DNA of 63,858 bases, filler included. It is 7 parts of 7 records of this genome, joined end to end, with 100 filler letters (N's around TTAATTAATTAA, not from the genome) between each part and the next. Parts side by side here need not be neighbours in the genome. Positions count along the whole stretch, not along the records: positions 7,188 to 13,798 come from SRR31147125_16658; positions 13,899 to 24,524 come from SRR31147125_16667; 5 more parts are not named here. One strand, 5' to 3'. This document shows, in pieces, positions 11,137 to 22,976 of this stretch. Below the pieces are notes generated by a model. It worked only from the letters and a program-made list of their open reading frames with translations. It had not been told where the DNA came from and did no database searches. The stretch's first letter is position 1. The number at the start of each line of letters is the position of its first letter. Position numbers and translations under genes: made by a program.

Positions 11137-12452
11137 TTAAGCCATTTCAAATCGATAATTTAATCGTGTATAAACAACAGCCATTGCATAAAAATATAAA
11201 ACTGGCATTGTATCTCCCCAAAAGGTAGTCCAGTGATATGCAAAAGCAAAAAATAACATTGAAAAAGAGAAACAAACTGACCCGAAACTGAACGCTTTCC
11301 AATAAGTATCTCTTTCTTTTTTATAAAGTTTTATACACATTTTAGTAAAAATTACCAACATCGCAAAAAAAGCCAAAACACCAGCGATGCCATATTCCAT
11401 AGCAATCCGGTTCATTGGCGTCCAACCATACAAAATATCAAAGTTTTCATATTTTTCTTTAAAACGTTTACGCTCTTTTGCGGAATCTAAAAAAGAAGGA
11501 GTCGTGGCACCAGGGCCGATTCCAAAAATGACCTGAAGAAAACCGGACTCTGAAAGCTTTTCAATTACTCGCTGAGAAGTAGCGATTCTACCAAAAGATC
11601 GCCCGTAACCATCAACACCTGAGTTGTATCTCTCTGCATATTCGAAAGCATAGGTTATGTCTATTTTACCACCGATTTCATTGTTAGGGCTTAGCGATTT
11701 ATTAAAATAGAGGATAGATGCTGATACAACAATAATCGTAATTGTACACGCTGTGAACATCGCGAATTTTTTATAAAAAGCCGCACTATTTCCTTTAGCA
11801 TAAAGGTAGTAAAAAATTAGCATAAATTGTACTGGATAAAGAAATAAAACCGCCCTTTTTGCACCAACTATTGATAATATTATATATCCAAAACCAATCA
11901 CCAAATACACGAATTTTTGTTTATGTATAAAATAGTACGAAGCTAAATAGAATATAAATGTCACAGGTAGTGTTGTGGCAATCGAACCATCATGAATAGC
12001 ATAGGCGCCTGCAGTCCTCTCGTCTATCCCATATCTAATGAATTTTAATCCAACAATTGGAAACTGCGCCACTAATAGTGCGACAATTAGCAAGTTAAAA
12101 ATTTTTATGGCATTATCGTCCGGATCCATTATAATTAATGCAAGATAAAAAAGTAGTACCGGAACAAAAGTCTCAAACTAAAAATTGACCTTTGCGCCGG
12201 AAGTTCATTTATCATCATGGAAAGCAATGTGATAAATATGAACAACAAAACTATTTGCCATAAATGAGGTATAGGAAAGAATTTCCTAGAACGAGAAAGG
12301 ATCGAAGAAACCAAAAAAATGTAAATTAAAAGCTCTGAAATAATTGAAAAATATCTTGGTACTCCAAAACTAATAATCATTCCACCAAAAAGTGCAATAA
12401 ATAAGATTAGAAAGACTGGTAAACTTCGCAGCATGTTAAAATTTTTCCGCAA
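11137..12452 (-). CDS. Polytopic membrane protein, Wzy/O-antigen ligase-like (indel near 12130-12150)
   Basis: About 10 hydrophobic segments; large loop with FGIGPG followed by EYGIAG; lies within a glycosyltransferase cluster. Confidence 0.65.
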
Positions 12453-12473
12453 ATTTAATTGACTAAGTTAGCA

Positions 12474-13412
12474 CTACTTCCGATGACATATTTTAAATAA
12501 TAATTCTCTAAATATCATCTTTGACAAATAAATATTAACAAGAGGTTTTGAGTAAACTAGACGGTCGGTATCATCGCCACTACTACTACTATAATTATTC
12601 TCTCCATCGATACTATGATGTATTATTGCTGAAGTGATGTCATCGATAATACTATTTTTTGCATCATTCTTAACATATGAAGGCAATTCATCGGCCATTT
12701 TCGAATCATAGAAAATTGTCCTATGTTTATTTTCCATTGCATTACTTTCAAGTGATTTTAAATGATTATATGTATTTTCATACTTATCTATATCTTTATC
12801 ATATGTATGATACTTTGCAGACAGATTACCGAAAAGCATATGATGTCTTTTTAACCAAAATTCTTCCATTTTTTTTATACGGAATCGATAAATAATCGCA
12901 AATATACCTAAGAGTCTGGGCCGGTTTTGTGGCTAGACAATGATATTCAACAGACTTCCATTGCTTTACTAATGAGAAAAAAGCCTGTGATATTTTATCC
13001 AAGCTCGATCCCACCCCACTAATTGGCCTCTTTTATACCGTGAAATAGCAAATTCTATCGGGCTTTTCCAAATCAATAACACTTTACTTAATATTCCATG
13101 TTTTATTAAACATTTGTGTTGATAATCAATCCAAAAAGGATCTTTGCTTGAGTCTACAATCGTAGTGATATTTTCATACCGATTAAAAATAGAGACATAT
13201 AAATTTGATGCGCCTTTTTCTTTCACTTCGCTCCAAAGAGTGCAATTTCCGTCACCACAACCACAAGGCGGATTAATATGATGCAATTTTAATGGCTTAA
13301 ATAGAAATTGAATTTCTCCCATTGAAAATGAGGATTCCGTGTTCCCGATCATCATATCCAACATTGATGACCCGCTATATGCAGTTCCGGCAATGAAAAC
13401 GACCTGTTTCAT
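12474..13412 (-). CDS. Sulfotransferase-family protein (split by two indels)
   Basis: N-terminal FIAGTAYSGSSMLD (PAPS-binding loop-like); IVDSSKDP; ICDYLSIPY in the next fragment. Confidence 0.7.
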
Positions 13413-13693
13413 TTTTAATATATAATCCTCTTTTTTGGGCTATAGAAAAATTGATGCATATTATTCGAAGAATACAATTATTTAACCAGCAATTTAATAA
13501 CCAAATTTCGGAATATGCCTCTTTTCATGAACAACTAATTTATTGGAGTTTGCAAAAATACCACCCTGTTAAATTGAAATATTTAATTGCCGGTTTAATA
13601 ACGCAACCTATAGTTTTGTATTGCGGGAAAAATTACTTTGGCTTAGCCTTATAATTACGCTGATATTTTGTACGCGTTCACGCACGTGTATTC

Positions 13694-13798
13694 TGTCAAT
13701 GGGAATGAAAAGTGTACCACCCTGGGGTTTACTGAACATCCATTCCCTCAGCCTGGGCCACCGCCGTTTGTGCGGCATCGCTAAATGTGGCACAATTT
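13694..13798. mobile_element. Possible IS21-family terminal inverted repeat at the contig end
   Basis: TGTCAATGGGAATGAAAAGTGTACCAC resembles IS21-family ends; GC content jumps here; the contig breaks about 100 nt later. Confidence 0.4.
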
Positions 13799-13898
13799 NN
13801 NNNNNNNNNNNNNNNNNNNNNNNNNNNNNNNNNNNNNNNNNNTTAATTAATTAANNNNNNNNNNNNNNNNNNNNNNNNNNNNNNNNNNNNNNNNNNNN
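13799..13898. other. Artificial contig spacer
   Basis: N44-TTAATTAATTAA-N44. Confidence 0.98.
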
Positions 13899-14639
13899 GG
13901 TGAACTTATCGAACAAGACTATGCAGATATTTCCTATAAAATTCCATTCCTACTACGTAACAATACTACTTATTATTGGAAAATCATCATTAAAGAAAAT
14001 GGTAATATAATCCCCACACCACCTATTGTTTGGTCATTCACAACTGAAGAAAGTACTACTGTTGAATATTACCCTTTAATAGATTCTTGCGATCAAGAAA
14101 CTTTACCAGATAATAACTGGGGAGATAGTGCATACCTCCAATTTGGTGATATGGATAAAGCTGGGTGGGGTAAGGAATATGCCTATTTGCAATTTGATTT
14201 AACTAATCAGGATATAAATAACAAATATGGGATACCGCAAACAGCTACTATAAAAGATGGAGAATATTCATTTCGTTTCTATGTACATCACCTAAATCTT
14301 TCAGGAACTACTAGTTGGCCATCGGACAATCATTTTATTGTAAAAAAAATCACATCTGCATGGAATGAAATGAGCATAACTTGGAATAACCAACCAAGTT
14401 TTAAATATGAAATTGGTGGTGAAAATTGGAATGGGGGTCCGTTTGTTAATAAATCTTTTGCTAGTTTCTCAAATGATTATTTTACTAATGTTATAAGGGA
14501 ATGGTGTAGTGAACCAAGTAGAAACTATGGAATTGTGATAATTCCTCAAGATATTAATAATGCTGATGTAGCTGTTTATAGCAGAGAACATACTACTATA
14601 GAAAGAAGACCCCTTTTAACAATTACTTATAGTTGGTAA
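13899..14639 (+). CDS. 5'-truncated secreted protein with Fn3-like and DNRLRE-like (CBM96-type) domains
   Basis: Frame is open from the contig start; NTTYYWK..VWSFTT; YLQFDL; WNEMSITWNNQP; NYGIVI; YSRE..RPLLTITY. Confidence 0.65.
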   Translation, partial: GELIEQDYADISYKIPFLLRNNTTYYWKIIIKENGNIIPTPPIVWSFTTEESTTVEYYPLIDSCDQETLPDNNWGDSAYLQFGDMDKAGWGKEYAYLQFDLTNQDINNKYGIPQTATIKDGEYSFRFYVHHLNLSGTTSWPSDNHFIVKKITSAWNEMSITWNNQPSFKYEIGGENWNGGPFVNKSFASFSNDYFTNVIREWCSEPSRNYGIVIIPQDINNADVAVYSREHTTIERRPLLTITYSW

Positions 14640-14653
14640 TTGAAGGATTTGAC

Positions 14654-15475
14654 ATGAAATTAAGTAAGTTTTTTCTATTTATACTTGTTTTTATTTTCTT
14701 ATCTTTTTATTGTTATTCTCAAAAGATCCACACTATTGCAGTAGTTCCATTTAAAAGTAATGTCCTTTCTGAAGAAGAAGCAAAAATTTTTTCTGATATT
14801 TTGGAAAACAGACTTGCTCAATCCAATATATTCAATCCTGTTGAAAGAGAATTGAAAGAGAGAATTATTGATGAGTATATAAACAATTTAGAGTATGAGT
14901 CATTCTATGATGAAGAAAATTTCATCGAGCTAGGTAAATTACTATCAACTCAATGGTTAGTTTATGGTGATATCAATGAAATCGATGATAAATTCATATT
15001 AATTGCACAAATTATCAATATTGAAACAGGCGAAATAATTTCTGCTTATGATGGTATAGTTAACAATAAATTAGAATTATTTTCATTGACTTCAGAATGT
15101 GCAAATGCATTTATTAGTTTTTTTGATATGGATAAAAAGCATTCAATAGACTTATCTTTAATGACGCTTATACAATATCAATATATGTTTTCTATTGGAT
15201 TAAATCTTGGATATTCCTATGAAATTATTGACAATATATCTGTCGGATTTTGGGGTAGTGTGTATCTCAAACAGTCAGATTTAACGTTGGGATTACTAGG
15301 TGAGGTGAAAATTATTATTGGAGATACAGAAAATATTGCACTAAGCTTAAGTATTGGATCAATACCTTCAATTGGTATCTATTATAAAAATTTTTATTTA
15401 GATTATTTCCCACTAATTTTTATGGGGTATGATGGTTCTTTTGGTATATCTCTTGGGTACTCTATAGGTATTTAA
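14654..15475 (+). CDS. Exported protein with CsgG/TolB-N-like domain
   Basis: Signal peptide; TIAVVPF; ELGKLLSTQWLVYG; IINIETGEI; beta-strand-rich C-terminus. Confidence 0.6.
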   Translation: MKLSKFFLFILVFIFLSFYCYSQKIHTIAVVPFKSNVLSEEEAKIFSDILENRLAQSNIFNPVERELKERIIDEYINNLEYESFYDEENFIELGKLLSTQWLVYGDINEIDDKFILIAQIINIETGEIISAYDGIVNNKLELFSLTSECANAFISFFDMDKKHSIDLSLMTLIQYQYMFSIGLNLGYSYEIIDNISVGFWGSVYLKQSDLTLGLLGEVKIIIGDTENIALSLSIGSIPSIGIYYKNFYLDYFPLIFMGYDGSFGISLGYSIGI

Positions 15476-15488
15476 AAGTATTGCCAAT

Positions 15489-16130
15489 ATGATTGCACTT
15501 AAAGGTAAAGATATGAATAAATCAAAACTATTATTATTGAATATATTTGCTGGGATATTTCTTGGATTATTGATAGGAGTCATGCTTGGATTAAGTTTGT
15601 CAAGTATTGTTGGTTCAGTAATCTCAATATTTGCAACATCCGTGATAGTTTTTATGGGACTTTACGAAAAACAAAAAGATGATAATAAAATAGTCATAGG
15701 TTCTATGCGGTTGTTGAGAATAATATTTATTGCTTTATTTTGTCTAATAGGGGTGTTTTCTGGTATATTATTAAGAACTCATAATATATTAGGGGTATCT
15801 CAAATTAAAAGAATGTATAGAGAATTGACAGAAATAGGTATTGCTGATGAAACAGTAAAAGATATTATTATTGATACTTTGATAGATTCAGAAGATAACA
15901 AATATCAAAAAGAGAAATTGGGAGTATTATATTCTGAATATAATGAAATAGATATTAAGGATCTCGATCCGAGAAGTTTTTCGGATATAGATACTGTTTT
16001 TACAATGTATGAAAATTTCAATCCTGAATTTGCTACTTTCATATCTTTTGTGAAAGAATATTTTGATGATGAAAATTACATGCAAATTATGCAGTTTTTT
16101 TGGACTCATATTATGAATGAGTATAATTAA
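15489..16130 (+). CDS. Uncharacterised Gly-rich 3-TM membrane protein
   Basis: Hydrophobic helices with GxxxG patterns and a soluble acidic C-terminus; stop overlaps the next ATG (TAATG). Confidence 0.7.
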   Translation: MIALKGKDMNKSKLLLLNIFAGIFLGLLIGVMLGLSLSSIVGSVISIFATSVIVFMGLYEKQKDDNKIVIGSMRLLRIIFIALFCLIGVFSGILLRTHNILGVSQIKRMYRELTEIGIADETVKDIIIDTLIDSEDNKYQKEKLGVLYSEYNEIDIKDLDPRSFSDIDTVFTMYENFNPEFATFISFVKEYFDDENYMQIMQFFWTHIMNEYN

Positions 16131-17290
16131 TGATTAAACTAATTAGTGTCATAAAAAAAGAAATAGGAATAATATTAATATTAGTATTAACAGTAAATAT
16201 CCATGCGAACAATAATCTTCCTATTGATTTATTAGAGGAAATCTCTTTCTCTGTAGCAAAAATAACAACAACAAAACTATTTTATCCAAAAAAAGAGGGA
16301 ACAGGATTTCTTTGGGGCAGGAATGATGAAATCGTGACAGCATATCATCTTATTGCTGGTGGTTATGATGGAATAACAATCAAATTTTCAAAAGCAAACA
16401 TTAGTCTCTATAATGCAGATGTTTACATAAAGAAAGTATTTAAAGAAGCTGATTTAGTATTACTAGGAATAAATAAGCAGCTTGATGGTTTAATTCCATT
16501 ATCAAGTTTTTCAGAATCAAATATTTCTATAGATGAAGATCTCTATGTTATTGGTTATGCATTAGGAATGGATATAAGTTTAACAAGAACTTTGACAGGT
16601 CTTATAAATCAGAATATAACTTTTAAGGATATGTTAAATTCTAATTTGTCTGATAATCTTAATGGTTTTAATATGGAAATGGAAATCCTACCTCATCAAG
16701 AAGGGTTACTACCTGGTGATTCAGGAGCACCCATACTTAATAATTATGGAGAATTAGTTGGAATTGGGCATGGTGGTTACCATCGTCATGGTGGAGTAGA
16801 AATTTGTTGGAGTATCCCAGCATCTAATTTATCAGCATTAGCAAATTCTAATGACATAATTGATGTCCTAAATTCAAATAGTTCAACAACTTTTTGGTAT
16901 GGTTGGTCTCCTCCAATTATTCAAGAAAAAATCGATAGTGTTTTAAATAAAAATTCACAATCCTTTCCAGAAATAAATATAGTACCATTTGATAATAAGG
17001 TTTCAAATTCTTTTGATAATCAAGTTGTCGAAGGTATAATCCGACAGAATATTAATTTGCATTATCCTTATACAAGCTATTCAATCTTGCCTAAAATACA
17101 AATTACATACAAATATATAGATGTTATAGATAATGGTCATGGGATATTCTTTACAAACCTATATACTTTTATAGAGATAGTTGATACAAATGGCTTTGTT
17201 ATTAAATCATATACACTTACTAATAAGGGATCACAACTATCTAGAGAAACAGCAAAACTTGATGCCTTTAAAAAATTAAAAAAACTATGA
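16130..17290 (+). CDS. Trypsin-like serine protease with signal peptide
   Basis: GTGF, TAYH (catalytic His), ADLVLL (Asp), PGDSGAP (Ser). Confidence 0.85.
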   Translation: MIKLISVIKKEIGIILILVLTVNIHANNNLPIDLLEEISFSVAKITTTKLFYPKKEGTGFLWGRNDEIVTAYHLIAGGYDGITIKFSKANISLYNADVYIKKVFKEADLVLLGINKQLDGLIPLSSFSESNISIDEDLYVIGYALGMDISLTRTLTGLINQNITFKDMLNSNLSDNLNGFNMEMEILPHQEGLLPGDSGAPILNNYGELVGIGHGGYHRHGGVEICWSIPASNLSALANSNDIIDVLNSNSSTTFWYGWSPPIIQEKIDSVLNKNSQSFPEINIVPFDNKVSNSFDNQVVEGIIRQNINLHYPYTSYSILPKIQITYKYIDVIDNGHGIFFTNLYTFIEIVDTNGFVIKSYTLTNKGSQLSRETAKLDAFKKLKKL

Positions 17291-17718
17291 ATAGTATGAA
17301 TTCATTATTCATAGAAATTGATGATATAATGTTAGATTACTCAAAGAATTGACCTACATCGAAATTTAAAAAAAGCTAAAGAATATATTAGTTTTCACTT
17401 AAATTGGTAATTTTATTGGTTCTTTAGTTATCAATTTGATATCCTTAGTTATTTGAATAACTTATTATATAGTATTTTTCATCTGGTGAATGCTTTTTGT
17501 ATTAAAATACAAGAATCCTACTTTCATTTAACCATTTAGGAATTACAACACTTTTGGAACTTGGGTATTGTTGGGAAATATAACGAAAAGTCCTGAAAGA
17601 GTCATAAACTATCTATTATTAGCATTATAGAAATCGACTACTACTTTTTCAAAACCTTTATAATATGGAAGATCTTCAATCAAAATATTTTCAACTTTCC
17701 TTTTACTAAAAAAAGTTG

Positions 17719-18609
17719 TTAGAAAGTTTTTCCTTCAAAAGACCAATAATCATTACTTAAAAAACCTTCTTTCTTTTCTAGGGAGTTTCCGTTTATTATT
17801 AAAACTTTACCAATTTTACTATCGTCGCCAACAACATCTTGAATAATTACTGATTGATGAATTTTAACATCTGTACCCGAAAGAATATCAATAATTTTTT
17901 GTTTATTATCAATACTCATACAGGCTCCAAAAACAACGGACTCTAATACATCAAAAGGTAATTCACCTACGTATATTTTCTCTTCGTCGATGTTCCCATC
18001 AGGTTGAAAATCATCTAAACTCCTCACTAATCTATATTCTTTCTCATCTTTCCATCTTTCTGTTTTGTTGTAAAAAAGGATTTCATTTAAACTTTCTATT
18101 GTAAATATATTTTTTACCCTATCAGCTATTTTAGGTATATCAATTTCAAATATAGGAACATACTTTACTTTCTTTATTGGGTATATTTTATTTGACTTAG
18201 ATTTAAATTTTTCATGCTCGTTAAAATCTTGTTTTAATTCTAATAAAAACCCTTTATGGCCATTAGCATAATAATTCCACATAGAAAATAATTGAGGATT
18301 TTTAGTTAATGATAAAACCCCAGAATATTTTATTTGACTATCAACAAACATAAGTTTGTACCATCTATTAATTGATGGCATTAAAACATTTCCAATTTTA
18401 TACCAGGTATCTTCTACCTCACCTAAACCAGTCTTAATAATAGGATTAAACTCAAGAGGATCATTTAGCTGATTTGGTTGTGTAAATCTTATTGTCTTAT
18501 CAACAAAAATTTTATCAATCAAAATATTACTAAAATACTTAAAGTAGTTGGGAGAATTTGAGAAATCATACTTATTATTTTTTTCAAGCCATTCGATAAA
18601 TGTTTCCAT
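17719..18609 (-). CDS. DUF2971-like domain protein
   Basis: LNDPLE; LSLTK..LFSMWNYYANGHKGFLLE; KTERWKDEKEYRL; the C-terminus may extend to about 17610 across an indel. Confidence 0.75.
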   Translation of the reverse strand: METFIEWLEKNNKYDFSNSPNYFKYFSNILIDKIFVDKTIRFTQPNQLNDPLEFNPIIKTGLGEVEDTWYKIGNVLMPSINRWYKLMFVDSQIKYSGVLSLTKNPQLFSMWNYYANGHKGFLLELKQDFNEHEKFKSKSNKIYPIKKVKYVPIFEIDIPKIADRVKNIFTIESLNEILFYNKTERWKDEKEYRLVRSLDDFQPDGNIDEEKIYVGELPFDVLESVVFGACMSIDNKQKIIDILSGTDVKIHQSVIIQDVVGDDSKIGKVLIINGNSLEKKEGFLSNDYWSFEGKTF

Positions 18610-18847
18610 TCCTAAATCTTATCATAATTATATTATGATACAATAAATAATTGTGCTAATCCCAGAGTGCTAAAAAATAGATAAGCTGTATAAAGCTTAA
18701 ATTCAAACTTGATTTTAAATACTATAAAGATACTATATCTCCATCATCAGCCTCATTTTTGATTCAGTAGCCAAGATATTTATTGTGAAAATCCCATACT
18801 AGTAACAGTTGATAACAAATTGATATATTATATACATCAGCATATTT

Positions 18848-20287
18848 TTACTGACTCAACTCTAATTTTTTTATTTTGTTTTCCAGCCACTTCAATGCTG
18901 ATTCCTCGTTTTGCTCGATAGCCATATTTATAATCAGCCTAGAATAGCCCAATAAATCATTGGAACCAATTCTCAATAGCCGCGACTTTTCTACTGCCTC
19001 AATAATTTCGAATTGTTTGGCTCTGTTAATAAATGGTATATAAAAATTTGATATATGCTGTGGGTAAAGTTCAGCTTGAGCACTACCTGAACTATATTGT
19101 GTCGTTTGCATTCTCCCAATCCTCGAGTTCATTAAAAAAGCAACATATATCGGAGATTCTGAGGTGATTCGTAGAATATTCACATGATTGCTTGCTAGTG
19201 CTTTCCGTTCGGACTGATAACATGCAGTTCTTCCAATATTAGCACCTGTTGTATAAGTAAGAATATCGCCTTGGAGAATTCTCGACTGAGGGTTATTTTC
19301 CCAATTTATTACTTTAGTATTATCAAAGTTTCCTTCGTCTAAACCATATTCTAGTATATGCTTGCTAGTAACAACATCAATTGATTCTTTACTATCATAC
19401 TTTGGCTGCACACCACGTCTATTAAACAGTTCAATTGAATCTATTCTCGTAAGATATTCACTGTTACTCTTTAGATGCTCAACTAATTCTGAATACTTCG
19501 GATGAAAATGTTCAGCATCGAACCTATTTGCGACAACTAAGCATTTATAGTTTTCTAGATATGAAAGCTGATCTTTCTTATCTAGGAGTGATAACTTTAA
19601 TTCTTTATAAAGAATAGCTTCAGCTTCTTTATATATCTGTATGGATGATGACATCAACTCTCGTGACTTATTATATAGCCATTTAATTTTATATTGGAAA
19701 TCACTTGAGAAAAGTGGTACTCGTATGAACTTCAACGCTTCCAATGTCAGATGTGGTTGTCCTGTTTGACTTGCTGTCCGTAAGAGAAGTTGCTTTCCTT
19801 TATTTGAATGGAGAAACATCCATAAATAGTAGCGTTTAATCCCGAGTAATCTCGAAGTGCTAAGTATAATGATATCTCTAGAAACTGAGTATTCATTATA
19901 TTCATTTGTTAGTAGTGCTACCTTGGCTAAGGAGTTGCCTCCCTTTGCAATGATGATATCTCCTGGGTGACAAAGAGCTATAGTCGTTTGATTTTCCACT
20001 AATATTTGTCTAGGAATAAAAGCAGTTTCATCAGTGATATGAAGTAAGCCATTTTGAATTTCATTTACTCGAAGAAATGGTATACCTTCTCCATAAAAAT
20101 TATAATACTGTACTAAGGATGGATAAAAAGCACTACAATCAAATTCAGCATTAGCATCTTTAATGCTTATCCTCGCAATCTTTGATAGGCTCTTTTCTAA
20201 CTCTAAATATTCAGGCTGATAGTATTCAGCATCAATACGAAAAACAATTTTGTCTAGTTTTGATTTTTCAATAATTGAATACTGCAT
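18848..20287 (-). CDS. Restriction-modification specificity (S) subunit
   Basis: Two TRD-like halves, each preceded by RIDAEYY or RFDAEHF; GDIIIAK and GDILTY; TGQPHL and GSAQAEL. Confidence 0.88.
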   Translation of the reverse strand: MQYSIIEKSKLDKIVFRIDAEYYQPEYLELEKSLSKIARISIKDANAEFDCSAFYPSLVQYYNFYGEGIPFLRVNEIQNGLLHITDETAFIPRQILVENQTTIALCHPGDIIIAKGGNSLAKVALLTNEYNEYSVSRDIIILSTSRLLGIKRYYLWMFLHSNKGKQLLLRTASQTGQPHLTLEALKFIRVPLFSSDFQYKIKWLYNKSRELMSSSIQIYKEAEAILYKELKLSLLDKKDQLSYLENYKCLVVANRFDAEHFHPKYSELVEHLKSNSEYLTRIDSIELFNRRGVQPKYDSKESIDVVTSKHILEYGLDEGNFDNTKVINWENNPQSRILQGDILTYTTGANIGRTACYQSERKALASNHVNILRITSESPIYVAFLMNSRIGRMQTTQYSSGSAQAELYPQHISNFYIPFINRAKQFEIIEAVEKSRLLRIGSNDLLGYSRLIINMAIEQNEESALKWLENKIKKLELSQ

Positions 20288-20289
20288 AA

Positions 20290-22346
20290 TTACATGCTAC
20301 TCCAAAAAGAAAGTTTTTCATTCTTTGCCCATTCAATAAATACTTCGGAAATTCCAGCAGGCAATTCTCCTTCATGAGAATGTAGATCATGCTTAATTAC
20401 TAGATGACCGTTCTTATCTAATTTGAATTGACCATTCTCGTCTTGAACATATATATAATTTCCAGAGTTATCTTTCCCGCCCTCTTGCGAAATAGCAAAG
20501 AAAATCGGATAATCAGCGACTTTTGGGCATAGTGATTCATGCCATTTCTGCACGATTAGCACACTAGTTTTTGTCCCCGTATGAGGTTTGAAAGTATTTT
20601 TGTGAAGGCCAATTACAGCTAAAATTCGTCCATGTTCAGAAATGAATTCTCGAATATACTTATCGGTTGTATTATTAAATCGTCCTTGAGGTAAAACTAT
20701 GGCCATGCGGCCACCTGGTTTTAGAAAATCGAAATTCCTCTCAATAAAGAGAATATCTCGACCCACTTTATTTTGGGCGCTCTTTCCATCAGCTTTGAAG
20801 CCTAATTCATATTGATGTAATAACCTACTTTCTTTTATATCCCCTGCAAAAGGTGGGTTTGCCATTACAATATCAAAATTGAATTTTTTGTTTGAGTTTG
20901 TATCAACTCTTAATTTTTCTAATCGTTCAAAGCCTTTTCCGTAAGTATTAATCCATTTTTTATCATTTTCAGATTTATCCTTCCAACGCTCAAATTCCAG
21001 TGTATTTAAATGAAGTACATTAGTCTCTCCATCACCTGCTATCAAGTTTAGGGTTCTAGCCACTCGAACCGTTTTCTCATCAAAATCAATCCCAAATATT
21101 TTTAATACATATTGTTTATCATTTTCAGAGATCTCACTATTAGTAAAAGTTGGCCTGTTAATTTGAATATTGTATGGACAGGAAAGCCACAACTGCCTGA
21201 TGCTGTATCAATCATATATTCGCCACGTATAGGATTTAGCATTTGAACGCACATATCAATTACATGTCTGGGCGTAAAAAACTGTCCTTTTTCACCTTTT
21301 GCTGATTTGTTGACTAAATACTCAAAAGCCTCATCGACTACCAATAAGTTTGAGTTAAATAATTTCACATCTTGCAAACTTGATATACAAATGGATAAGT
21401 GACTATCAGATAATTCAAATAAACTGCCATCAGAAAAAATGCCTCCCCATTGACTTTTTGCTGCATTAAAAAGCTTCTGGATCTTCGTTTTAAGTTCTGA
21501 TTCTGTTTGACCAGAATTTCTGAACTCTAGTACACGAAATTTAGAATCATCTAAATCAGCTAAAGAAGTTTTGATATTCTTATAATTAGCCCTTTCTTCA
21601 TCAGATAGATTCTGGTCGAGAAAAAATTCAATATTCGCTTTATCTTTTCTGCTAGAAAATTCATCGAACAATTTAGTAAAAATTAACTTAAAAACTTCTT
21701 CGAAGACATCCACACCAGCATTTGCTAAAACTTCATCCTCCATTTCTAAAATTAAGTCCTTCAGCGATTTCCTTTCATTTGCGATCTTGTCCTTTACAAT
21801 AAGATCTTTAAAAGTGAAGCGTTCACTTAAAATATCCTTTAGACTTTGATTCTCTTTTGGAATATCAGTAATATCTTCAAAATAATTTGGATCCTTTCGA
21901 TGGTAATGTGATATTTGCTGTCCATTAGTCCAAACTCCGATCGGAGCGCCTGTTGCATTACAATATGATCGCAGTTGATCTTTTCCATCTTTCAGCTTTG
22001 GCTTTTTCAGCTCGATAACTATGTACGGTGTATCAGGACGGTGTTTATCAAAAATTACAATATCAGCACTCTTTTTTTCACGTCCAAAAGTAACCGGGTA
22101 TTCAAACTGTATTCGTGATTTTAAATATCTATATTGATTAATTAGTCGATTTGCATACAGTTGGCGTACAATTTCTTCTGGTTTTAATTGGATTTTCTTT
22201 TCTCTAATCACGCATATTACAAATGGCTTGTTTTTTTCAGATATTGAAACTGTTTTAAGAAAGTTTGATATTTCAACTTCTGAAAAAAGAGAAAGGTTAT
22301 GATTGGTGTCTTTTAGTATCGCTAATAGTAATTGTTTTTTATCCAT
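20290..22346 (-). CDS. Fused restriction endonuclease (HSDR_N-type) / N6-adenine methyltransferase (indel near 21150)
   Basis: PEEIVRQ..ADIVIF..IELKKP nuclease motif; GQFFTPR; DTASGSCGF (motif I); NPPF (motif IV). Confidence 0.88.
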
Positions 22347-22552
22347 ATTCTATCCCTTCAAAAAATCTATATATTGTCTTGTGTAAGTGTAGCAATTTAT
22401 TGACTAAAGTGTGAATAAAACATCATTTTATTTTATATGAAATGATGGTCCAAGAGATTGAGAGGAGTTTGGTCGATACGATGACATAATAGGAACTTTG
22501 ATATTATTGAATTTTCGTTCATCCAAAACTTTTTTCTTTTCTCAAATATAAT

Positions 22553-22672
22553 ATAAAATAAGGTGCCTAGTACATATTGCTTAAAATCCCAGCCATCTAC
22601 TGAGCCACGCACATCATTGGCAATTTTCCAAATTTGGCTCTGCAGTTGGGCACGTTGTTGGGTACTTGTCAT
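22553..22672 (-). pseudogene. hsdM: 5' stub of a type I hsdM gene (about 40 codons)
   Basis: MTSTQQRAQLQSQIWKIANDVRGSVDGWDFKQYVLGTLFY is a typical HsdM N-terminus; similarity ends abruptly; SD AGGAG retained. Confidence 0.8.
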
Positions 22673-22976
22673 CGTGATACTCCTGTTTTTTATTATGCAA
22701 TTTCAATTAATACAAGAAACAATTGTAGCATGTTCATAAATTGAATCCATTATTTATACTCTGTATCATACCTTAATTTACTCAAAAAACATAGATTAAT
22801 GTATTCTTAAGGCTTTTCCAACATTTATTATCGAACACTAAATTAATATTTCTATACCATAGATAAAACTGTGTTATAATACCCAAGTTAAAGAGTGCTA
22901 GATGTTTTAATCCATCAAGTTTCACCTCATATAATGCACTATTTCTCTGTATACATTCATCCTCAGGAGAAAATTA

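Noticed and set aside
18654-18674. GAGTGCTAA half-CIRCE
   Set aside because: No matching left arm at 9-nt spacing and no heat-shock gene nearby
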